From Candidatus Methylomirabilia bacterium (lineage in GTDB: Bacteria > Methylomirabilota > Methylomirabilia > Rokubacteriales > CSP1-6): DNA of 15,929 nucleotides. The translations under genes and the position numbers were made by a program. Under the pieces are notes generated by a model. The model had not been told where the DNA came from, did no database searches, and was given only the letters and a program-made list of their open reading frames with translations. Positions 1 to 7,108 of the stretch are shown piece after piece; within the stretch, counting starts at the first letter, position 1; every line of letters begins with the position of its first letter. Where the stretch lies: assembly GCA_041496385.1 (NCBI GenBank), contig JBGQEL010000094.1, forward strand, positions 1 to 15,929, given 5' to 3'.

Positions 1-251
1 CCGCTGGCCTCGATGTTCCGCAGCGTGTCCTTCTTCCCGCGCACGGTCCCGAGGCCGGCCGCGCGGGGCGCCGAGGAGAAGGCGATCGTCGGCGGGTCGT
101 CGGTGATCGCCATGAAGTAGCTGAACGGCGCCACGTTCCGCACCCCGGCGGCGTCGACGCTCGAGACCCAGGCGATGGGCCGCGGCACGACGCAGCCGAT
201 GAGCAGCTTGTAGGTGGCGTTCCCGCTCAGCGTTCGCGGATCGATCTGCAC
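1..251 (-). CDS. Flavin reductase-like (DIM6/NTAB-type, FMN-binding split barrel) protein, runs off the window's left edge
   Basis: Not in the ORF track. Manual translation from GTG at 251 gives MQIDPRTLSGNATYKLLIGCVVPRPIAWVSSVDAAGVRNVAPFSYFMAITDDPPTIAFS...KKDTLRNIEAS. VPRPIAWVS, NxAPFS and KDTLRNI are hallmark motifs. Starts 9 nt after the thioredoxin-like gene's stop. Confidence 0.9.
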   Translation of the reverse strand, partial: MQIDPRTLSGNATYKLLIGCVVPRPIAWVSSVDAAGVRNVAPFSYFMAITDDPPTIAFSSAPRAAGLGTVRGKKDTLRNIEAS

Positions 252-260
252 GCGTCCGCC

Positions 261-854
261 TTACTTCTTCGTCGAGAGGACGAGCCGCACCTCGGACGCG
301 GCCGCGCGCCAGAGCGGCCCGCCGGGCGCGTCGTACTCGGCCTGGGTCAGCTTCCTGAACTCGCCCATCATGGCGTCCTGCTTGTCCTTCGGCGCGTCCT
401 TCGGCAGGGTGTCCAGCGTCTTGGCGCGCAGGCCGACGTTCTTGCCCGTCGCGACGTGAGCGCGCTCGATCCACCGCCCGACCTCGTTCCAGTTCCGGTC
501 GAAGAAGACCACCACGGGGATCGACTGGTAGCCGTTGTTCAGGAAGATGTCCCGCAGGTCGGCGTTCTGGTCGCGGAGGAACACGCGCAGCTCCGCGCCG
601 GGGATCGCGTCGCAGACGTGGGCGATCAGCGGCGAGTTGCGATGGACGTCGCCGCACCAGTTCTCGGCGAGCATCATGACGTACTTCACGTGCGCGACGC
701 CGCTGAAGAACTTGCGCTCCTCGTCGGTCAGGCCGGACTTGGCGAAGTTCTCCTCGGTGCGGGCGCGCGTGTCGCCCATCTGGGCCATGTAGTCCTTCCA
801 GGTCAGGCCTTTGGCGAAGCGGGCAGCGTCCAGGGGGATCGTCAGCTGGGCCAT
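261..854 (-). CDS. Thioredoxin-like protein (Thioredoxin_9-type), 197 aa, monothiol WCGDV motif
   Basis: ATG at 854 follows an AAGGAGAG Shine-Dalgarno. Shows MLAENWCGDV, a LRDQNADL segment and the cis-Pro motif SIPVVVFFD, followed by VGRWIER. Confidence 0.85.
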   Translation of the reverse strand: MAQLTIPLDAARFAKGLTWKDYMAQMGDTRARTEENFAKSGLTDEERKFFSGVAHVKYVMMLAENWCGDVHRNSPLIAHVCDAIPGAELRVFLRDQNADLRDIFLNNGYQSIPVVVFFDRNWNEVGRWIERAHVATGKNVGLRAKTLDTLPKDAPKDKQDAMMGEFRKLTQAEYDAPGGPLWRAAASEVRLVLSTKK

Positions 855-870
855 GTCGTGCTCTCCTTGT

Positions 871-896
871 GGGGGGGTTGGTGGGGGGTTGGGGGG
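871..896. repeat. G-tract cluster (G7-TT-GG-T-G6-TT-G6) containing direct repeat GGGGGGTTGG
   Basis: Seen directly: gggggggttggtggggggttgggggg, immediately upstream of the thioredoxin SD. Confidence 0.7.
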
Positions 897-899
897 CGT

Positions 900-933
900 T
901 TGACGTTCGTCGTCTTTATACACCAAACGTCAA
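900..933. promoter_or_regulatory. Inverted repeat TTGACGTT-N18-AACGTCAA bracketing a minus-strand TATAAA -10 box (915-920); putative operator/promoter
   Basis: Perfect 8-bp arms at 900-907 and 926-933 in an AT-richer divergent intergenic region. Confidence 0.5.
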
Positions 934-958
934 GGCGAGGCAGGCCTCTCGACGGGTG

Positions 959-967
959 TGGTAAAAA
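959..967 (+). promoter_or_regulatory. Putative extended -10 (TG-G-TAAAAA) 7 nt before the MFS GTG; possible leaderless promoter
   Basis: tggtaaaaa at 959-967, GTG at 975, no SD between them. The final T of the consensus is missing. Confidence 0.35.
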
Positions 968-974
968 CCGCAGC

Positions 975-2186
975 GTGCGTCCCGCCTCCCGCCGATGGCT
1001 GATCGTGGCCGCGCTGTTCGTGGTCACGTACGGCATCTCGACGCCGCTCGCGGCCTACGGCGTGTTCCTGCCGGTCCTTTCGGAGGCGTTCGGGTGGAGC
1101 CGCGGCGCCGTCTCGACGGCGCTCTCGCTCAACCTGCTGCTCGGCGGCGTGGCCGGCCTGGCCGTCGGCGCGCGCGCGGACCGCCACGGACCCCGCGCCC
1201 CGCTCGTCCTCACCGTGGCGCTGGCGGGCGCGGCCTTCGCCCTCGTCTCGACGGTCGGCGCGCTCTGGCAGCTCTACCTCTTCGTCGGGGTGCTCGGCGG
1301 GCTCGGCATGTCGAGCTTCTATCTGCTCAGCGCGTCCACGGTCACGCGCTGGTTCGACGAGCACCGGGGTCTGGCCCTGGCGGTGGTCTTCCTCGGGTTC
1401 AACCTCGGCTACATCACCGCCGGGCCGCTCGCGGCCTGGCTCATCGACAAGACCGGCTGGCGCGCGGCGTACGCGCTGCTCGCGGGCGGCTCGGGCCTGC
1501 TGACGACGCTGACCGCCCTCAGCGTGCGCCTGCCGCGCGACGGAGAGGCCGAGCGACCGCGCGCCCGGGCCGCGACGGCGGCGCCGGCCGGCCCCGGCGT
1601 GACGCTGCGCGCCGCGCTCACCGATCCGAGCCAGTGGAGCCTGAACGTCGCGTGGCTCCTGCTCGGCGGTCTCGCGCTGATGGTCAGCGTCCACATCGTG
1701 CCGTTCGCCCGCGATCAGGGCATCAGCCTCGCCGGGGCGTCCCTCGCGCTGAGCGCCTACGGCGTCGGCTCCGCGGCCGGGCGCCTCACGGCGGGCGTGG
1801 TCTCCGACCGCGTCGGCACGCTCACGACCATCCGTGCGGGCTACACGATCGAAGCGCTCGCGCTGGCCGCGCTCATGTGGGTGCCCTCGCGCGAGGGCCT
1901 GGTGGTCGCGCTGGCGATGTTCGGGGTCGGCTTCGCGGCGACGGACACGATGATCGTGAAGGTGGTTCCCGACGTCTTCGGCATCCGGGCGCTCGGCGCC
2001 ATCATGGGCGTCCTCACGCTCGGCTGGCGGCTCGGCGCCGCGCTCGGCCCCGCCGTCGCGGGCTTCTTCTACGATGCGACCGGCTCGTACGCCGTGCCGT
2101 TCGGCGCGGCGCCCGTCGCCGTGCTGGTGAGCTGGGGATTCTTCGAGTGGGGAACGTCGCGCCGGGCGGGCCGGGGACCGGTATGA
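975..2186 (+). CDS. MFS transporter (OFA/monocarboxylate-porter-like), about 403 aa
   Basis: About 12 hydrophobic segments. MFS motif A variants GARADRHGPR and GVVSDRVG; also FGWSRG, WFDEHRGLA and YDATGSY. The N-terminal 173 aa of track ORF 456..2186 is antisense to the thioredoxin gene, so the start is placed at GTG 975 (uncertain). Confidence 0.9.
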   Translation: MRPASRRWLIVAALFVVTYGISTPLAAYGVFLPVLSEAFGWSRGAVSTALSLNLLLGGVAGLAVGARADRHGPRAPLVLTVALAGAAFALVSTVGALWQLYLFVGVLGGLGMSSFYLLSASTVTRWFDEHRGLALAVVFLGFNLGYITAGPLAAWLIDKTGWRAAYALLAGGSGLLTTLTALSVRLPRDGEAERPRARAATAAPAGPGVTLRAALTDPSQWSLNVAWLLLGGLALMVSVHIVPFARDQGISLAGASLALSAYGVGSAAGRLTAGVVSDRVGTLTTIRAGYTIEALALAALMWVPSREGLVVALAMFGVGFAATDTMIVKVVPDVFGIRALGAIMGVLTLGWRLGAALGPAVAGFFYDATGSYAVPFGAAPVAVLVSWGFFEWGTSRRAGRGPV

Positions 2187-2218
2187 TCGGGGCGCGTCAC
2201 GAGAAAGGAGACACTCCG

Positions 2219-3217
2219 ATGGACTGCTGCGCTCACGAGGGGCCCTCCGCGGGAGACGCGCGCTTCGACATCGCCAGGGTCGCCGACGGCGTGCACGTCG
2301 CCGTGGCCGCCCCCGCCTACAAGGTGAACTCCAACACGGCCATCATCGAGACCGACGACGGCGTGATGATCGTGGACACGCACTCCAAGCCCTCGGCGGC
2401 GCGGGTGATCATCGACCGGCTCCGCGACCTCACGTCGAAGCCGGTCCGCTACGTGATCAACACGCACTTCCACTGGGACCACTGGCACGGCAACGAGGCG
2501 TACCCGGCGGCGTACCCGCACGCCGAGATCGTCACCAACGAGATCACGCGCGAGGCCATGCTCAAGAAAGGGCTCAAGCGCATCCAGGACCACGTCCGTC
2601 AGATGCCGGCCGAGATCGCCAAGCTCGAGACCGACCTCGCCGCGGCCCACACGCCCGAGCAGCGCGCCAGGCTCGAGGCCGAGCTGCGCCTGGCCAGGTC
2701 CTACCTGGCCGAGGTCCGCGGGCTCGAGCCCGCGCTGCCGACGATCGCCTTCGAGCGGACGATGAAGCTCTACCGGCGCGACCGAGAGATCCAGCTCCTC
2801 CACCTCGGCCGCGCCCACACCGAGGGCGATGTGTTCGTCTACCTGCCGAAGGAGAGAGTGGTCATCACCGGCGACGCCGTCATCGGCTGGACGCCCTTCA
2901 TGGGCGACGGCTACCCCGAGGACTGGGTGGGCACGCTCGACCGTCTGGCGCAGCTCGACTTCACGCACATCATCATGGGCCACGGCAAGGTCGCCGGCCG
3001 CGACTGGCTCCGCACCTTCCGCGGCTACGTCCACGACATGGTCGAGGCCGTCCGCGCGGAGGCGGCCACCGGCGCCACGCTCGACGAGGTCAAGCAGCGC
3101 GTGACCGCGAGGCTCGCGTCCGCGTACGAAAAGCCCTTCTCGGCCTACGGCGAGTACCGGCCGTGGCGCGAGGGCCTCGCGCGCAACATCGAGCGCACGT
3201 TCGCGATGGTGAGCTGA
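2219..3217 (+). CDS. Metallo-beta-lactamase-fold hydrolase (glyoxalase II/cyclase-like), 332 aa
   Basis: AAAGGAG SD then ATG at 2219. Metal motifs THFHWDH (HxHxDH), AHTEGD, TGD and MGHG. Confidence 0.9.
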   Translation: MDCCAHEGPSAGDARFDIARVADGVHVAVAAPAYKVNSNTAIIETDDGVMIVDTHSKPSAARVIIDRLRDLTSKPVRYVINTHFHWDHWHGNEAYPAAYPHAEIVTNEITREAMLKKGLKRIQDHVRQMPAEIAKLETDLAAAHTPEQRARLEAELRLARSYLAEVRGLEPALPTIAFERTMKLYRRDREIQLLHLGRAHTEGDVFVYLPKERVVITGDAVIGWTPFMGDGYPEDWVGTLDRLAQLDFTHIIMGHGKVAGRDWLRTFRGYVHDMVEAVRAEAATGATLDEVKQRVTARLASAYEKPFSAYGEYRPWREGLARNIERTFAMVS

Positions 3218-3221
3218 GCCG

Positions 3222-4604
3222 GTGCGCCCGGCGCTCGAGTCGCTCTGGGCGCAGGCGGGCGGCGATCCCGCCGCCCTCGATCGCGTCACGCTCACGGGCG
3301 CCGACCCCGTGCTGCCCACCGACTTCAAGATCGGCACCGCGGCCTCCGCCGTGATCGCGGCGACGGCGCTCGCGGCCACGGAGGTCTGGCGCCAGCGCAC
3401 CGGGCACGGCCAGTCGGTGGCCGTCGACGCGCGCGCCGCGATCGCCGCCTTCCGCAGCGAGCGCTACCTGCGCGTGGACGGCCGCCAGCCGCCCGACGTG
3501 CGAGGCACGCTCTTCGGCTTCTATCGCGGGAGCGACGGCCGCTTCATCCAGCTCCACTGCGCGATGCCGCATCATCGCCGGGGCATCCTCGACGCGCTGG
3601 CGTGCGAGGCCACGCGCGAGGCCCTGGCCGCGGCGGTGGCGCGCCGCGGCGCCGGCGAGCTCGAGGAGGCGCTGGCGACGGCCGGCCTGCCCGTCGGCAT
3701 GGTCCGCACGCGGGCGGAGTGGCAGGACCACGCGCAGGGCCGAGCGGTCGCGGCGCTGCCGGTGCTCGAGATCGTGCGGATCGGCGACGCGCCGCCCGAG
3801 CCCGCCGGCGCCGGGGCGCGGCCGCTCGCCGGCGTGCGCGTCCTCGACCTGACGCGCGTGATCGCGGGGCCCGTGTGCGGGCGCGCGCTGGCCTCGTACG
3901 GCGCCGACGTGCTGCTCGTCGCGAACCCGCACCTCGAGAACGCGCCGGCGCTCGTGATGGACACGGGGCTCGGCAAGCTCTCGGCCTCGCTCGACCTCGC
4001 GCGCGCCGGCGACGCCGAGCGCCTGCGGCGCCTGGTCAGCGAGTGCGACGTGTTCTGCCAGTCCTACCGTCCCGGCGCGCTCGCGCGGCTCGGCTTCGCG
4101 CCCGACGACGTCGCGCGCCTCCGGCCGGGCGTCGTCTACGTCGCGCTCTCGGCCTACAGCCACACCGGGCCCTGGCAGGGGCGGCGCGGCTTCGAGACGC
4201 TGATCCAGTCGGTGAGCGGGATGGCGCACGAGCAGGGGCTCGGCCTGGGCGCGGACGGCCCGCGGCACCTGCCGGCGCAGGTCGTCGACCACGGCACGGG
4301 CTACCTCGCGGCCTTCGGCGCCCTGATGGCGCTGGCCCGGCGCGCGCGGGAGGGTGGCAGTTATCTCGTGCGCGTGTCGCTCGCCCAGACGGCGCGCTGG
4401 GTGGACGCGCTCGGCCGCGTGGACGGCCTGCGCACTCCCGATCTCACGCTCGAGAGCATCGACGACCTGCTGGCGGACGCGGAGACGCCGTTCGGGACGC
4501 TGCGCCACGTCGTGCCCGCCCCGCGGCTCTCGGAGACGCCCGCCTTCTGGTCGCGTCCCGCGGTGCCGCTGGGGACGCACGAGGCCGCTTGGCCCGCGGC
4601 CTAG
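3222..4604 (+). CDS. Class III CoA-transferase (CaiB/BaiF family), long form with degenerate N-terminal domain, 460 aa
   Basis: PLAGVRVLDLTRVIAGP, YGADVL, GKLSASLDL, DVFCQSYRPG, GPWQGRRGF, and the putative catalytic Asp in AQVVDHGTG. Confidence 0.92.
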   Translation: MRPALESLWAQAGGDPAALDRVTLTGADPVLPTDFKIGTAASAVIAATALAATEVWRQRTGHGQSVAVDARAAIAAFRSERYLRVDGRQPPDVRGTLFGFYRGSDGRFIQLHCAMPHHRRGILDALACEATREALAAAVARRGAGELEEALATAGLPVGMVRTRAEWQDHAQGRAVAALPVLEIVRIGDAPPEPAGAGARPLAGVRVLDLTRVIAGPVCGRALASYGADVLLVANPHLENAPALVMDTGLGKLSASLDLARAGDAERLRRLVSECDVFCQSYRPGALARLGFAPDDVARLRPGVVYVALSAYSHTGPWQGRRGFETLIQSVSGMAHEQGLGLGADGPRHLPAQVVDHGTGYLAAFGALMALARRAREGGSYLVRVSLAQTARWVDALGRVDGLRTPDLTLESIDDLLADAETPFGTLRHVVPAPRLSETPAFWSRPAVPLGTHEAAWPAA

Positions 4605-5026
4605 GCGAGCGCCTTGCGCAGGAAGATGCGGGTGTCGTCGCCGGGCCAGCCCGGCAGCTCGCCGATCACCCGGTAGCCGAGCCGGCGATAGAACCCCGGC
4701 GCCTGGTAGCCTTGCGTGTCGAGGTGCATCTGATGGCAGCCGCGACGCGCCGCCTCCGCTTCGGCCGCGGCGAGCACGCGCGTGCCGAGCCCGGTCCCGC
4801 GTAGGTCTTCGCGCACCCAGAGCGCCTGCACGAACCCGGTGCCGCCCCAGGTCCAGCCGTGCATGCCGGCGACGATCTCGCCGCCCGCGTCGCGGACGAA
4901 GACCGCGAGCCCGCGGCCGTCGTCGACGCCGCTCGCCGCCGCGTTGAACTCGTAGAGCCGCGCGTCCAGCAGCGCGACGTCCTCCCGGCGCGGGTCGTCC
5001 TCGACCTGGAGCCCCTCACGCGTCAT
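4601..5026 (-). CDS. GNAT family N-acetyltransferase, 141 aa
   Basis: LWVREDLRGTGLG acetyl-CoA motif A, and LDTQGYQAPGFYRRLGY. Confidence 0.92.
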   Translation of the reverse strand: MTREGLQVEDDPRREDVALLDARLYEFNAAASGVDDGRGLAVFVRDAGGEIVAGMHGWTWGGTGFVQALWVREDLRGTGLGTRVLAAAEAEAARRGCHQMHLDTQGYQAPGFYRRLGYRVIGELPGWPGDDTRIFLRKALA

Positions 5027-5039
5027 GGCCGCGCTCCGC

Positions 5040-6851
5040 TCAGACCGCGTGCGCCGCGTCCGCCTCGATCTGGAGCGCGCGGACGGTCTCCGAGGTCGGC
5101 ACGCCCGTCGCCCGATCCCAGCCCAGCTCGACGTAGTAGTCGGTCACGATCGTGTCCTGCTGCTCGCGCGTGAGGCCCGCGTGCTTGGGCAGCGGATCGC
5201 TGAAGCGCGCGGGCAGCCGGTCGTCGGCCCGGCCGATGCCCTCCCTTAGGTTGAAGAGCCGGGCGAGCGTGAGGCCGCGATGCGCCGTCGTCACCAGCTC
5301 CTCGGGCGTCACGTCCCAGCCGGTCACGGCCTTGATGATCGCGAGCGTCTGGTCGTCGTCGTAGGCGAGGAAGTGGCAGAGGCCCACCTGGTTGCGCAGG
5401 CCGTTGCGGTTACCGGTCTGGCGCATGTGATCGCCGCCCGTGGGCGCGAGCAGATACGAGGCGCGCATCACCGGCATGTGACGCGGGTCGTGCATCGCCA
5501 TCTCGAGCCCCTTCACCGTCGTCAGGAACGCCTCCGAGCCGCGGCCGAGCCGGCGCGCGGCGCGCTGCGACCCCTCCGCGAGGAGATCGCCGACGCCGCG
5601 ACGGTAGGCGATCATCTCCACCAGCTTGACGACGCCGTCGGCATCATGGAAGCGGAGCGGCACGCCGCCCGTGTCGTCGAGCGTCAGGATCCCCTTCTCG
5701 AAGCACTCCATCGCCCAGGCGAGCGTGGCGCCGAGCGAGACCGTGTCCATGCCGAGATAGTTGCACATCTCGTTCGACTTGCAGATCGCGATCAGGTCGT
5801 CGAGCCCCAGATTGACGCCGAGCGAGGCGAGCGACTCGTACTCGGGCCCGCCGTAGCGGGGATCCACGCGGTAGCGGCCGAGCGGGTCGACGGCCACCTT
5901 CGCGCGGCCCTTGTAGATGCTCTCCGCCGCCGCGAGGGCCGCCTCCTCTTTCTTCTCGATGTGCACGACCTTCTTGCAGCGCACCGAGCACGCGTAGCAG
6001 GCGCCCATCCGGACGCGCACCTGGTCGCGGACCGCGATCGCGTCCACCTTGCCCACGGTGTCGGCGCCGCCCAGGCGGTAGTTGAGCACCGGCATCCCGC
6101 CCTCGAGGCTCTTGCCCTGCATCGCGGCGCCCGTGCCGAACTCGTGAAACGCGCGGTGCTTCTCGTCCATGGTGCCCGAGACCCACTTGGCGATCGTCAT
6201 GAGCCCCGGCTGGTCGGCGATCTTCACCGGACTCTTGCCGCGGACCGCGATGGCCTTGAGGCGCTTGCTGCCCATCACGGCGCCCATCCCCGTGCGGCCC
6301 GCGACCTCGTTGAGGTCGTTGGCGATGCAGGCGAAGCGCACGAGGTTCTCGCCCGCCGGCCCGATCTGGGCGATGCGGATGCGCGGGTCGCCGAGCTCGG
6401 CGAGGAGCGCGTCCTCGACCTCGCCCGTGATCTTGCCCCAGAGATGCCCGGCGTCGCGGATCTCGACGGCGCCGTCATTGATCCAGAGATAGACGGGCGT
6501 GGGCGACACGCCGTGGATGACGATCGCGTCCCAGCCCGCGCGCTTCAGCTCGGCGCCCCAGTACCCGCCCGACTCGGACTCGCCGAAGCCCCCCGTCAGC
6601 GGCGACTTGGCGCCGACGCTGTGACGGCCGGCCCCCGGCACCGGGGCGCCCGTGAGCACGCCGGGCGCGATGACCAGGATGTTGTCGGGCCCGAGCGGAT
6701 CGGCGCCCTTCGGCACGTGCTTGAGCAGGTAGTGGGCGATGAACCCGCGGCCGCCCGCGTAGCGTCGGAAGAACGCGTCCCCGGGCTCTTCGATTCGCGT
6801 CGTCCTCTCGGCGAGATCGACGTGCAGGATCTTGTTCCAGTAGCCGTTCAT
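5040..6851 (-). CDS. aor: Aldehyde:ferredoxin oxidoreductase (AOR/WOR family, tungstopterin plus 4Fe-4S), 603 aa
   Basis: ATG at 6851 overlaps the moaD stop (ATGA). Motifs MNGYWNKILHVDL, AKSPLTG, ELKRAGWD, IGPAGEN, AGRTGMGAVMGSKRLKAI, CYACSVRC, GPEYES, GMDTVS, KGLEMAMHDPR, GGDH and GLC. Confidence 0.93.
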   Translation of the reverse strand: MNGYWNKILHVDLAERTTRIEEPGDAFFRRYAGGRGFIAHYLLKHVPKGADPLGPDNILVIAPGVLTGAPVPGAGRHSVGAKSPLTGGFGESESGGYWGAELKRAGWDAIVIHGVSPTPVYLWINDGAVEIRDAGHLWGKITGEVEDALLAELGDPRIRIAQIGPAGENLVRFACIANDLNEVAGRTGMGAVMGSKRLKAIAVRGKSPVKIADQPGLMTIAKWVSGTMDEKHRAFHEFGTGAAMQGKSLEGGMPVLNYRLGGADTVGKVDAIAVRDQVRVRMGACYACSVRCKKVVHIEKKEEAALAAAESIYKGRAKVAVDPLGRYRVDPRYGGPEYESLASLGVNLGLDDLIAICKSNEMCNYLGMDTVSLGATLAWAMECFEKGILTLDDTGGVPLRFHDADGVVKLVEMIAYRRGVGDLLAEGSQRAARRLGRGSEAFLTTVKGLEMAMHDPRHMPVMRASYLLAPTGGDHMRQTGNRNGLRNQVGLCHFLAYDDDQTLAIIKAVTGWDVTPEELVTTAHRGLTLARLFNLREGIGRADDRLPARFSDPLPKHAGLTREQQDTIVTDYYVELGWDRATGVPTSETVRALQIEADAAHAV

Positions 6852-7090
6852 CCACCCTCCATCGGGCTCAGGAGCATCACCTCGGCGCCGTCGCGCAGCG
6901 CTGTGTCCCGCTCCGCCAGCTCGCCGTCCACCGCCACCGTCACGTCGGCGTCCGGCTCGATGCCGATCTCCGTGAGCAGATCCGCCACCCGCGCGCCGGC
7001 CTGCAGCGTCCGGCGCTGCGGTCCGTCGGCGCCGCGCGGCAGGAAGCGCCGCAGGTCGGCGAAGAACGTGACGCTCACGGTGATGGGCAC
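6848..7090 (-). CDS. moaD: MoaD/ThiS-family ubiquitin-like sulfur carrier, 80 aa
   Basis: N-terminal VTFFADLR, LRDGAEVMLLSP and C-terminal Gly-Gly (PMEGG). Translationally coupled to aor. Confidence 0.88.
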   Translation of the reverse strand: MPITVSVTFFADLRRFLPRGADGPQRRTLQAGARVADLLTEIGIEPDADVTVAVDGELAERDTALRDGAEVMLLSPMEGG

Positions 7091-7095
7091 GCCGG

Positions 7096-7101
7096 AGTAT
7101 A
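7096..7101 (-). promoter_or_regulatory. Putative -10 box TATACT 5 nt upstream of the moaD GTG (internal, possibly leaderless promoter)
   Basis: Minus strand reads ggTATACTccggcGTG in an 18-bp spacer with no SD. Confidence 0.5.
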
Positions 7102-7108
7102 CCGCGGC

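Noticed and set aside
640..660. Selenocysteine or recoding at the thioredoxin active site
   Set aside because: Codons are TGC-GGC-GAC-GTC, with no in-frame TGA.
456..974. N-terminal extension of the 576-aa MFS ORF
   Set aside because: Antisense shadow of the thioredoxin gene; MFS-like sequence starts only at about 975.
995..2218. Apparent 740-aa fusion upstream of the MBL domain
   Set aside because: Arg/Gly-rich off-frame read-through of the MFS gene; a strong SD and ATG lie at 2219.
2219..3217. Antibiotic-resistance metallo-beta-lactamase
   Set aside because: No signal peptide, and it has Asp (TGD) rather than the B1 Cys ligand; a generic MBL-fold hydrolase is more likely.
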